A stretch of 64,000 nt of DNA from Clostridiales bacterium (GCA_004555535.1 SFHU01000001.1:10678-74677); one strand, 5' to 3'; counted from the stretch's first letter, positions 28,328 through 36,193 are shown. Numbers and translations are program-made. The notes: generated from the letters alone by a model not told the origin.

Positions 28328-28390
28328 GGGAAAGCACTTCCTTCCGATGACCCATTATACACGATATGCGCGGAAAACGGAACCCCTCGT

Positions 28391-29815
28391 CTACCGGCGG
28401 CGCAGCCCCTTGGGATAGTGGTTCTTCATCAGGCCGCCCGCCTGCTTGCCAAAGCCCAGCGGCACGCCGCAGCAGGTCATCAGCGTATAGCCGTTCTCCC
28501 GCTCGCCCAGCGCAAGCGCCTCGCCCGCCTGGTAGAGGAGCGCCTGCTCGATCGTCAGCGCTGCCGTGCGCACGGCCTGCCCGGGCGAGAGCGCCATCGC
28601 CAGCGCATGGTCGGGCTCCATGCGACGGCCCTCGGCATGGGCGAGCAGCAGCCCCGTGCGCAGCACGCGCAGGCCGTCAAGCCGCGCGGGCTCAAGCCCC
28701 TCCGGCAGCGACCAGAGCGCGCCGCCCGCCAGATGCAGCCGCGGGAAGACGACCCCCGGACGCAGGACGCCCTGCGGGAGCGCGGCCTCGCCGGGCGCGT
28801 CCTTCCCCGGTTTGCGCGCGGGCAGGGCCTTTTTGCCGCGCGGCGCCGGGGCCCTTTCCGGCATGAACGTCTTTGGCACGAGTGCCTCCGGCACGAGTGT
28901 CTCCGGCACAAGTGTCTCCGGCGCGCCGGGCGCGTCCGCCCGCTTGCGCAGGAGCGAGACGAAATGCCCCTCGCCGCGGATCTCGTGCGGATAGAGATGG
29001 ACATAGCCGCTCTTCGCCTCGGGCAGGCCCGGGAGCGCAAAGGGGACTGGCGACAGCTCGGGGTGCGTGTCAAGCAGCCGGGCAAGCACGCCCTCGTTCT
29101 CCGTGTCGTTGAAGGTGCAGGTCGAATAGACCATCGTGCCGCCGGGCGCGAGCATCCGGCAGGCGCTTTCAAGGATCTTAAGCTGCCTGTCGGCGCAGCC
29201 GCGCGGCGCGTTTTCGCTCCACTCGTCCCGCGCCTCCATCTGGCGGCGGAACATGCCCTCTCCGGAGCAGGGCGCGTCGACGAGAATCCTGTCAAAGAAC
29301 GCCGGGAAGCGCTCGGCGAGCGCATCCGGCAGCGCGCTGGTGACGACGGCGTTTGCAACGCCCATCCGCTCGATGTTGCGGGAGAGCACCTGCGCGCGCG
29401 AGGGCACGGGCTCGTTGCACACGAGCAGCCCCTGACCGCCCATCAGCGCGGCGATCTGCGTGCTCTTGCCGCCGGGCGCGGCGCAGAGGTCGAGGATGCG
29501 CTCGCCGGGGCGCGGGTCAAGCGCCGTGACGGCGGAGAGGGCGCTGGGCTCCTGGAGATAATACAGCCCGCCCTCGTGCAGCGGCGAGAGGCCAGGGCGC
29601 GCGTCGCCCTCCACGAAATACGCGCCCTTCGCCCAGGGCACGGGCGCGCCCAGCCCCTCGATTTCGCAGGGCGGCACGCCATCCGGGCAGCGCAGCAGGT
29701 TGACGCGCAGCGCGCGCGTCACGGGCGAACAGAGCGCCCTTTCATACGCAAAAAAGCCTGCTTCACCGAGCAGGCGTTTCATCTGATCCACATAAGCGGG
29801 GGGCAGGGTGTTCAT
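28391..29815 (-). CDS. rsmF: RsmF/RsmB-family SAM-dependent rRNA m5C methyltransferase
   Basis: Trimmed to MNTLPPAYV (RBS AAAGAGG). DLCAAPGGKSTQ, ILVDAPCSGEGMFRR, YSTCTF. Contains an in-frame (E/K)(T/A)LVP pentapeptide repeat. Confidence 0.85.
   Translation of the reverse strand: MNTLPPAYVDQMKRLLGEAGFFAYERALCSPVTRALRVNLLRCPDGVPPCEIEGLGAPVPWAKGAYFVEGDARPGLSPLHEGGLYYLQEPSALSAVTALDPRPGERILDLCAAPGGKSTQIAALMGGQGLLVCNEPVPSRAQVLSRNIERMGVANAVVTSALPDALAERFPAFFDRILVDAPCSGEGMFRRQMEARDEWSENAPRGCADRQLKILESACRMLAPGGTMVYSTCTFNDTENEGVLARLLDTHPELSPVPFALPGLPEAKSGYVHLYPHEIRGEGHFVSLLRKRADAPGAPETLVPETLVPEALVPKTFMPERAPAPRGKKALPARKPGKDAPGEAALPQGVLRPGVVFPRLHLAGGALWSLPEGLEPARLDGLRVLRTGLLLAHAEGRRMEPDHALAMALSPGQAVRTAALTIEQALLYQAGEALALGERENGYTLMTCCGVPLGFGKQAGGLMKNHYPKGLRRR
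28875..28920. repeat. in-frame 15-bp tandem repeat x3 inside rsmF
   Basis: GGCAC(G/A)AGTG(C/T)CTCC x3, encoding ETLVP/ETLVP/EALVP. Confidence 0.85.
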
Positions 29816-29825
29816 AGGGCCTCTT

Positions 29826-30236
29826 TCATTCCGCCGCGCAGGCTTCCCGCTCATCCCCTTCGCGAAGGAGGATGGCGCAGAGCTTGCGCCGCTCGTCAAT
29901 GCCGGATTCGACGACATACACGCGCCCGATCCTGCAGGCGGAGTTGAAGACGCTTTCGGTCGTCGTCAGATAGCAGAACATGTTTTGTGACGCGCGGGAG
30001 AGCATCGCGCGGAACTGCACATTGGGCGGCTCCAGCCCGGCGCGCCGGATCTTCTGGGCGAAGCGCCTGTAGGCCGTGTTGGCCTTGGCCGCGTTGTGGA
30101 ATACCTCCGGCGAGAGCACAAGCCGGCAGACGCCCTTCTCGATCTGGCTGGACGTCTGGTAGCGGCCCTCCCAGGGCCTGTCTTCCGGCCAGGCGACGAT
30201 GTCGACCACGGCCCGGCCCGTTTCAATCGTGCGCAA
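29826..30236 (-). CDS. hypothetical protein, first gene of the operon with rsmF
   Basis: Track ORF 29826..30278. I prefer TTG 30236 (RBS GGGAGGGGGAG, 6-nt spacing) because ATG 30278 would sit at the predicted transcription start. No family recognised. Confidence 0.55.
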   Translation of the reverse strand: MRTIETGRAVVDIVAWPEDRPWEGRYQTSSQIEKGVCRLVLSPEVFHNAAKANTAYRRFAQKIRRAGLEPPNVQFRAMLSRASQNMFCYLTTTESVFNSACRIGRVYVVESGIDERRKLCAILLREGDEREACAAE

Positions 30237-30288
30237 CGAACACTCCCCCTCCCTTCGCGAGACGGCAACTGGCAACAATTCTATATTG

Positions 30289-30318
30289 ATTATATCACAC
30301 GTCTCATCCGACAGGCAA
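30289..30318 (-). promoter_or_regulatory. promoter TTGCCT-18-TATAAT (TG-extended) for the hypothetical-rsmF operon
   Basis: Sits in an AT-rich island; the minus strand reads TTGCCTgtcggatgagacgtgtgaTATAAT. Confidence 0.45.
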
Positions 30319-30439
30319 GAAAAAGGTTATTTTTTCCCACCATTTTTGGTATTTCACCCATGCCTGAATTGTGCGCAGGGGGATTCCATGCAGAGATTTC
30401 TCCGAACGCGGCGTCGCGCCCGGGCCAGGGACGGCCTTC

Positions 30440-31267
30440 TCAGAGCCGCTGCGCGGCGGAGAGACCCGCGACGCAGCCCTCGCCGACGGCCTTGGCGACC
30501 TGGAGCGGCAGACCGGTGCAGTCTCCCGCGGCATAGACGCGCGGCACGCTCGTGCGCATCATGCGGTCGACGCGGATGAACGCGCCCTCGGTCTCAAGGC
30601 CGGGCAGCAGCGAGGAGAGGGCCATCGCCTCGCGGAAGATGAAGACGCCGTCAAAGGGCAGCTCCAGCCCACCGCAGAGCAGGCCGGTGGCGTGCGTGTC
30701 GCCAAGGATGGCCTCGGGGCGCTCCTGCCGCACGTCGACGCGCGGATCGAGCGCCGGGTCGGGCGCGCCGAAATAGGCCACCTGCTCGCAGATCGACGCC
30801 AGGAAGTTCGCCTCGTGCAGCGCCTCCGGGCCCTGAGCGATGACGGCGACGCGCTTGCCGCGGTAGAGCATGCCGTCGCAGGTGCCGCAATAGCTGACGC
30901 CGCGGCCGAGCAGCTCGCCTTCGCCGGGGAGCAGCCGGGGCTGCTTTGCGCCGGTGCAGAGCACGACCGTCGCGGCCTCGACGAAGTCCGCGCCCAGCGA
31001 CAGGCCGAAGGAATCGCCCATCGGGACGACCTGATGGACGACGCCGGGGCGCGTCTGCGCGCCGAGGGCTCTGGCCTGATCGCGCATGGCCGCAAGCAGC
31101 GCCGGGCCGGAGATATCCGGCAGGCCGGGATAATTGGCGATTTCCTGCGCGCGGGCGAGCCAGCCCGCGTGCTGGCCGATGACGAGGACGGACTTGTCGC
31201 GCTTTCTCGCGCTGATGGCGGCGGAATAGCCCGCGGGGCCCGCGCCGATGATAGCGATGTCCAGCAT
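30440..31267 (-). CDS. thioredoxin-disulfide reductase family flavoprotein
   Basis: Trimmed to MLDIAIIGAGPAGYSAA (RBS AGGAGG). Redox motif YCGTCDG; AAGDC near the C-terminus. Confidence 0.75.
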   Translation of the reverse strand: MLDIAIIGAGPAGYSAAISARKRDKSVLVIGQHAGWLARAQEIANYPGLPDISGPALLAAMRDQARALGAQTRPGVVHQVVPMGDSFGLSLGADFVEAATVVLCTGAKQPRLLPGEGELLGRGVSYCGTCDGMLYRGKRVAVIAQGPEALHEANFLASICEQVAYFGAPDPALDPRVDVRQERPEAILGDTHATGLLCGGLELPFDGVFIFREAMALSSLLPGLETEGAFIRVDRMMRTSVPRVYAAGDCTGLPLQVAKAVGEGCVAGLSAAQRL

Positions 31268-31420
31268 GATTGCCTCCTGAAAGAATGATAAGGCCGGCTT
31301 CTGAAACAGAAGCAAACCGAGAAGTGCATTGAAGGCTGCACAGCAAAGCCTTGGCTTTCTTCGCCTTAACCGAAGCATACCCTGTTCCGGTTTCAAGGCA
31401 AAATGCATTTGTTTGCAAAT

Positions 31421-31761
31421 CAGGGATACAGCCCCGGGTCCAGGGCCACAGCCCTGGTCGTTTCAAGGGGGTTATAGGGAGTCAAGAGGGATCTAAGGGG
31501 GGAAATCGAAATCCCCCCTGATCCCTCTTGCCCAGCGGAGCGCGTCTCCCCAGACGCAGAAAAGTGGATTTTTAAAAAATCCATAAGCTTTTGCGGAGCA
31601 GCTTCTTGCAACCGTTACGCATAAAACCCGTCTCAATCGTAGGCTGCTTCGCAGCCTGCTCTGAGACTACGTTTTTCTGGATTTGAGGGAGAACGATTGG
31701 GGCGCCGCCCCAAACCCCGCAAGGGACTTCGCCCCTTGACCCCATGTTCGCTTCGCGGCGG
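31421..31761 (+). repeat. interspersed modular repeat, long form (core 31626..31673)
   Basis: Left arm AGCCCCGGGTCCAGGGCCACAGCCCTGGTCGTTTCAAGGGGG, AGAGGGATC..GATCCCTCT, TGCCCAGCGGAGCGCGTCTCC, an AT-rich stretch, the core, TTGGGGCGCCGCCCCAA, CAAGGGACTTCGCCCCTTG and the tail TTCGCTTCGCGGCGG. Confidence 0.85.
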
Positions 31762-31767
31762 TTTCAA

Positions 31768-34023
31768 TCAGCTTCTCAATTCAACCTGCTTCCCCTTGAG
31801 CGCAACCGTCAGCGGCTCGCCGGAGAGCAGCCTGAGGCCCGTGCTCTCGCGCGTGACGCTGACCTCGATCAGCCGTCCGCGATAGACGATCTTGAAGGCG
31901 TAGCCGTCCCAGCCGTCGGGCAGCTGCGGGTCAAAGCTCAGCTCGCCCGTGATCGTGCGCATGCCGGCAAAGCCCTGCACGATGGAGAGCCAGCTGCCCG
32001 CCATCGAGGTGATGTGCAGGCCGTCGCCGGTGTCGTTGTTGATGTTGTCCAGATCCAGCCGCGCCGTGCGCTGGTAGAGCTCCTGCGCCTTGTCGAGCCT
32101 GCCGATGGAGGCGGCGAGGATGCTGTGCACACAGGGCGAGAGGCTCGACTCATGCACCGTCATCGGCTCGTAGAACTCGAAGTTCCGGCGGATCGTCTCC
32201 TTGTCGTAGAGGTGCTCCAGGAAATACAGGCCCTGGAGCGTGTCGGCCTGCTTGATGAAGCAGGAGCGCAGGATCTTGTCCCAGCTCCAGTGCTGGTTGA
32301 TCGGCCGCTCCTCGCTTGAGAGGCTCGAGGCCGGGCGCAGCTCCTTGTCAAGGAACGTGTCGTGCTGCACGAAGATGCCCAGCTCCTCGTCACAGGGCAG
32401 ATACATCTTCTCGCTGATCTCCCTAAAGCGGCGCAGCTCCTCCGCGCCGACGCCCAGCGTCTGCGCCTTCTCGCGCGGCACGAGCATCAGCTGCTCCGCC
32501 GTATAGGAAAGCACCCAGGCGGCCATGCGGTTGGTGTACCAGTTATTATTGACGTTATTTTCGTATTCATTCGGGCCGGTCACGCCGTGGATCATGTAGC
32601 AGTCCTTTTTCGCGCAGTAATGGACGCGGCCCGCCCAGAAGCGCGCGATGCCCAGCAGCACGTCGATGCCATAGGTATCCAGATAGCCGCGGTCGCCGGT
32701 GTACTGCGTATAGGCGTAGATCGCGTAGGCGATGGCGCTGTTGCGGTGGATCTCCTCGAAGGTGATCTCCCACTCGTTGTGGCACTCGACGCCGGTGAAG
32801 GTGACCATCGGATAGAGCGCGCCGGGCAGCCCCTGCTCGCGGGCGTTGTGGTAGGCGCCGTCGAGCTGGAGCCAGCGGTATTTGAGCAGATTCTGCGCGA
32901 CCTCCTCGCCCGCAATCGCGGTATACAGCGGCAGGCAGTAGGCCTCGGTATCCCAGTACGTCGCGCCGCCGTATTTTTCGCCCGTGAAGCCCTTGGGGCC
33001 GATGTTCAGCCGCGCGTCCTCGCCGTAATAGGTCGAGAAGAGCTGGAAGATGTTGAAGCGGATGCCCTGCTGCGCGGCGACGTCGCCCGCGATGAGGACG
33101 TCGGCCTTCTCCCAGCGGCGAGCCCAGGCGCGCTCCTGCTCGCGGCGCAGCGCGTCATAGCCGGCCTGCTGCGCGGCCATGGCGCCGTCATGCGCGGAAA
33201 GGGCGAACGCCTCCTCGCTGTGGTCGCGGCTGGTCGTCACGCAGACGAACTTGTCGCAGCCGACGGTCTGCCCCGGCTCGCAGTCAAAGACAAGCTTGCG
33301 GCAGACATAGCCCTCCTGGGTCGAGGTCTTGTTCTTGCGCGGCTTTTCGGTGGGCGTGACGGCCATCGCGCCGACGACCGCGAAGCGCGGCGTGCCGAAG
33401 GGATTCTCCTTCGTGCGCACGGCGACGCTCAGCACGCCGCTCTCGGACTCCTCCTCGCCCTCAAAGAGCCAGAACGTCTCGTCATAGTTGGCATCCTCGT
33501 TGTGCACGTCGGCGTCAATGGCCGGCAGCAGCGCGACCTTGCAGGCGTAGTCCGCCGTGACGCGGCAGCGCAGCGCGAGAATCTCCGGTCTGTCGATGGA
33601 CACGAAGCGCTCAAAGCTCACGCGCACCGTGCCGCCCTCGCGGCGGATGACGAAGTCGCGCGAGAGGACGCCCTCGCGCATGTCGAGCATCCGCGTGAAG
33701 GAGACGACCTCGTCCGTCGCCAGGTCGATATCCTCCCTGTCGATGCGCACGCGCAGGGAGATGATGTTCATCGCGTTGATGACCTTGCCGAAGTAGAGCG
33801 GATAGCCGTTCTTCCACCAGCCCACGCGCGTCTTGTCCGGGAACCAGACGCCCGCCAGATAGGTGCCCCGGTGGCAGTCTCCGCTGTAACGCTCCTCGAA
33901 ATTGCCGCGCATGCCCATGTGCCCGTTGCCGATGGAGGTCATCGACTCGGACAGGCGCATGTCTTCGCGGTGCAGCTCGCGCTCCACGAGCCGCCAGGGA
34001 TCATAGGCAAACAGTGTCTTCAT
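31768..34023 (-). CDS. GH65 glycoside phosphorylase (maltose/kojibiose phosphorylase family)
   Basis: About 751 aa. ESMTSIGNGHMGMRGNFEE at the N-terminus and GTGDGLHITSMAGSW in the C-terminal catalytic region are typical of GH65. Confidence 0.9.
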   Translation of the reverse strand: MKTLFAYDPWRLVERELHREDMRLSESMTSIGNGHMGMRGNFEERYSGDCHRGTYLAGVWFPDKTRVGWWKNGYPLYFGKVINAMNIISLRVRIDREDIDLATDEVVSFTRMLDMREGVLSRDFVIRREGGTVRVSFERFVSIDRPEILALRCRVTADYACKVALLPAIDADVHNEDANYDETFWLFEGEEESESGVLSVAVRTKENPFGTPRFAVVGAMAVTPTEKPRKNKTSTQEGYVCRKLVFDCEPGQTVGCDKFVCVTTSRDHSEEAFALSAHDGAMAAQQAGYDALRREQERAWARRWEKADVLIAGDVAAQQGIRFNIFQLFSTYYGEDARLNIGPKGFTGEKYGGATYWDTEAYCLPLYTAIAGEEVAQNLLKYRWLQLDGAYHNAREQGLPGALYPMVTFTGVECHNEWEITFEEIHRNSAIAYAIYAYTQYTGDRGYLDTYGIDVLLGIARFWAGRVHYCAKKDCYMIHGVTGPNEYENNVNNNWYTNRMAAWVLSYTAEQLMLVPREKAQTLGVGAEELRRFREISEKMYLPCDEELGIFVQHDTFLDKELRPASSLSSEERPINQHWSWDKILRSCFIKQADTLQGLYFLEHLYDKETIRRNFEFYEPMTVHESSLSPCVHSILAASIGRLDKAQELYQRTARLDLDNINNDTGDGLHITSMAGSWLSIVQGFAGMRTITGELSFDPQLPDGWDGYAFKIVYRGRLIEVSVTRESTGLRLLSGEPLTVALKGKQVELRS

Positions 34024-34105
34024 GGAAGAATTCAACCTTTCTTGCCGGCGGGGCCGGCCCTCGCTCCGGAGGCGGATTCCTGTCAGTCAAAAAACGCTTG
34101 TCAAA

Positions 34106-34136
34106 AAGGGAAAAAAGCCGCACGAAACGGCGGCTT
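34106..34136 (-). terminator. rho-independent terminator after the YhcH-family gene
   Basis: The minus strand reads AAGCCGCcgtttcgtGCGGCTT followed by TTTTCC. Confidence 0.6.
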
Positions 34137-34144
34137 GTGCGCAA

Positions 34145-34585
34145 TCACAGCACGGGGATCTTGACGACCACCTTGCGGTAGTGCTTCTGGAACTGCTCGT
34201 GGCAGGCGGCCTTGTGTCCGTCGCTGGGGAACATGAGGAAGAACATGCCCGGGCGCACGGAGATGGACGTCGACTTGCCCGTGTAGAAGTAGTTGTCGTG
34301 CTCCGGGTCCTCGCTGCGCAGGTTGAGCTCCTGGATGTGCGCCCAGCTCATGCGCTCGCCGCCGGAGATGCAGTACTGCAGATCGATGTATTTCTTATGG
34401 GACTCCAGCTCGACGGTGTCCAGCTGGCGGGTATCTCCCTCCGACACCGTGGCAAACAGGCCGTTCTCCAGCTCATAGCGGCCCGGCTCGAGGTCCGGCG
34501 CCTCGGAGAGAAAAGCAAAGGCCTGCTCCATTTCAGGGTGAAGCGGATAATAGCGCTCCTGTTCTTCAATTCGATCGATGATCAC
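34145..34585 (-). CDS. YhcH/YjgK/YiaL family (DUF386) protein
   Basis: I start at GTG 34585 (AGGAGG 9 nt upstream), giving VIIDRIEEQERYYPLHPEMEQAF.. ; ESHKKYIDLQY...FPSDGHK are family hallmarks. Confidence 0.75.
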   Translation of the reverse strand: MIIDRIEEQERYYPLHPEMEQAFAFLSEAPDLEPGRYELENGLFATVSEGDTRQLDTVELESHKKYIDLQYCISGGERMSWAHIQELNLRSEDPEHDNYFYTGKSTSISVRPGMFFLMFPSDGHKAACHEQFQKHYRKVVVKIPVL

Positions 34586-34641
34586 AGGGATCAGCCTCCT
34601 TCTTGTCATCCATCTCATTATAAGGCAAGCGAAAAAAACAG

Positions 34642-35697
34642 TCAATCCCCCGCTTGCCTGTCCGCCTCATAGGAAGCAGCAAACGCGCTGACGAGCTGGC
34701 GGATGCGCTCGCTGCCCTCCTCCATATTCTCAACCGAGGTCACGCGGTTTTCCCCCGCCGCCATCGCGCGCATGACCGCGTCGCTGATGTCGCCCGAATG
34801 ATGGGAGTAGTCAAAGTAGTTGTCAAGGTCCGTGATCCACTCCCCGCGGGAGGAAAAGTCGAAGATCTTCACATTCGGATACTCAAGCAGCAGCTCGCAG
34901 ACCCGCGCGCGCGAGCGGAACTGCTGCTCCGAGAGGCCGCCGCAGGTCATCAGATACCAGTAGGCGACGGAATACGGCGGCATGTAGATGACAAACTCCG
35001 TCTCCGGATGCGCGGCGATATACGGCTCCAGGTGGCGCGTGATGTTCTCCGTCGAGCGCTCCAGCCGGGTGTCGGCGGGCAGCATTTCGCTGTGGGCGAT
35101 GACGTCGGGCAGCGCGTCATAGACGCTCTGCGCGCCGAAGGTCACGTCCGTCCACTGGTACATGTCATCGCGCTTCGTGTCAAGCGGCTTGCCCAGGTTT
35201 TGAAGCATCTTCGGGATGCGCACCAGCAGCACGTCGAGGCTGAGCAGATAGTTCACGTCGTCGGGCAGGCTGTCGTTCCACAGATAGGGATAGATCTCCT
35301 CCATGTCCTCCGGCGGGCCCATGAGGCTGTACGCGTCCACGGCGAGGATCGCGAGCTTCAGCTCATGCGTCTCAAGCACATGCGCAAGCTGCCAGCCCAT
35401 CTGCGCCGTATGCGAGCCGCGCATGGGCAGCTTGACGCTCGAGACGCCGAAGGCCTCGTCGATCACCGAGGGATGGCTCATCTCGACCATCGACGTGCCG
35501 AGGATCACGGCGTCGTAATCGTAGTTTTTCGCGATGCCGGGGTTGTTGTAGCTCTCCTGGTCGTACAGCGGCAGGATGGCGGATTCGCGGTAATGCTCAA
35601 AGGGATCGACGAGATAGACCGCCAGCGCGCAGAGCGCCAGCAGCACAAGGAGAAGGGCGAGGACGGCGACTGTCCAGCGTTTGGCTTTTAAAAGCAT
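34642..35697 (-). CDS. membrane-anchored hypothetical protein (single N-terminal TM)
   Basis: 351 aa, RBS GAAAGGAG, TM WTVAVLALLLVLLALCALAVYL, large extracytoplasmic domain. No family recognised with confidence. Confidence 0.6.
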   Translation of the reverse strand: MLLKAKRWTVAVLALLLVLLALCALAVYLVDPFEHYRESAILPLYDQESYNNPGIAKNYDYDAVILGTSMVEMSHPSVIDEAFGVSSVKLPMRGSHTAQMGWQLAHVLETHELKLAILAVDAYSLMGPPEDMEEIYPYLWNDSLPDDVNYLLSLDVLLVRIPKMLQNLGKPLDTKRDDMYQWTDVTFGAQSVYDALPDVIAHSEMLPADTRLERSTENITRHLEPYIAAHPETEFVIYMPPYSVAYWYLMTCGGLSEQQFRSRARVCELLLEYPNVKIFDFSSRGEWITDLDNYFDYSHHSGDISDAVMRAMAAGENRVTSVENMEEGSERIRQLVSAFAASYEADRQAGD

Positions 35698-35726
35698 GGG
35701 GCGCTCCTTTCCGTGCGGATGCCATG

Positions 35727-35756
35727 ATTATAGCATGACGCGCGCGCGGCGCGCAA
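35727..35756 (-). promoter_or_regulatory. extended -10 promoter (TGCTATAAT) for the 351-aa membrane-anchored protein gene
   Basis: The minus strand has TTGCGC-18-TGCTATAAT about 30 nt upstream of ATG 35697. Confidence 0.4.
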
Positions 35757-35796
35757 GGGCGCGCGCGGCGGGCTTGCGCGCCGCCGTTTTGGCGAT

Positions 35797-35828
35797 TGAA
35801 AACGGCCGGCGCTTGACACGCCGGCCGT
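35797..35828 (-). terminator. rho-independent terminator (distal terminator of the peptide transcript)
   Basis: The minus strand reads ACGGCCGGCGtgtcaagCGCCGGCCGT followed by TTTC. Confidence 0.55.
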
Positions 35829-35841
35829 CCCGTAGTACAAT
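35813..35841 (+). promoter_or_regulatory. sigma-A-type promoter TTGACA-17-TACAAT (drives the antisense RNA)
   Basis: Exact -35 consensus, 17-nt spacer, 5/6 match at -10. No protein gene follows on this strand for about 400 nt. Confidence 0.55.
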
Positions 35842-35847
35842 ACAGTC

Positions 35848-35950
35848 AGGAGATGGTCGTCTCGCACGCCAGTCCCCACTTCGGGAATGACGAAGAAAAC
35901 AAGCCATGCCGCCGTTGTAGCCCTAACTACACGGCGGCTTGCTTGTTATT
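35848..35950 (+). ncRNA. candidate antisense RNA (type I antitoxin) convergent to the 29-aa peptide gene
   Basis: Starts about 7 nt after a consensus promoter (35813..35841). It overlaps the 3' UTR and stop codon of the peptide mRNA and ends at the shared hairpin 35900..35946. It may read through to the terminator at 36137..36161. Confidence 0.35.
35893..35946. terminator. long hairpin shared by the convergent peptide mRNA and antisense RNA
   Basis: CAAGCCATGCCGCCGTTGTAG-ccctaa-CTACACGGCGGCTTGCTTG. T-rich on the minus side (TTGTTTTCTT) and TTATTT on the plus side. Confidence 0.55.
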
Positions 35951-36035
35951 TGCTACCCAGCATGTATACTGAGATCAGCAAAGAAGCGACGGAAGCGATA
36001 AAGCCCAAAAGGCTCAGCAAATCCCCGTTGCTCAT
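35946..36035 (-). CDS. 29-aa hydrophobic peptide, candidate type I toxin (holin-like small toxin class)
   Basis: Not in ORF track (too short). The minus strand reads GAGGAGGTGAGCTT-ATG and encodes MSNGDLLSLLGFIASVASLLISVYMLGSK. It has its own promoter, an SD-sequestering hairpin, terminators and a convergent promoter (see findings). Confidence 0.55.
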   Translation of the reverse strand: MSNGDLLSLLGFIASVASLLISVYMLGSK

Positions 36036-36043
36036 AAGCTCAC

Positions 36044-36070
36044 CTCCTCTTCTGTATGACAGAAGCGGAG
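36044..36070 (-). promoter_or_regulatory. 5' UTR hairpin sequestering the peptide Shine-Dalgarno
   Basis: CTCCGCTTCTGT-cat-ACAGAAGAGGAG gives 11 of 12 pairs. The 3' arm contains the AGGAG of the RBS. Confidence 0.5.
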
Positions 36071-36109
36071 AAACCACCGTGCAAGGCTCCTGACCTGCAC
36101 CACAAAGCC

Positions 36110-36138
36110 ATCATATCACAGGCAGCATCCGTTTTCAA
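36110..36138 (-). promoter_or_regulatory. promoter TTGAAA-17-TATGAT with TG extension (drives the 29-aa peptide mRNA)
   Basis: The minus strand reads TTGAAAacggatgctgcctgtgaTATGAT, about 70 nt upstream of the peptide ATG. Confidence 0.5.
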
Positions 36139-36161
36139 GCCCGAAGGGGCTTTCCTTTTTT
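36137..36161 (+). terminator. short hairpin plus T-run
   Basis: AAGCCCgaagGGGCTT followed by TCCTTTTTT. It would stop any plus-strand read-through before the deoD promoter. Confidence 0.45.
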
Positions 36162-36164
36162 CTG

Positions 36165-36193
36165 TTGGCAATTTCTGCACGAAAGGGTATAAT
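36165..36193 (+). promoter_or_regulatory. promoter TTGGCA-17-TATAAT for deoD
   Basis: Located 64 nt upstream of the deoD ATG. Confidence 0.5.

Noticed and set aside
35849-35991. 46-codon ORF on the putative antisense RNA (AGGAG immediately abutting ATG) and track ORF 35887..36093.
   Set aside because: There is no usable RBS spacing and the composition is non-protein-like. The ORF is better explained as non-coding antisense sequence.
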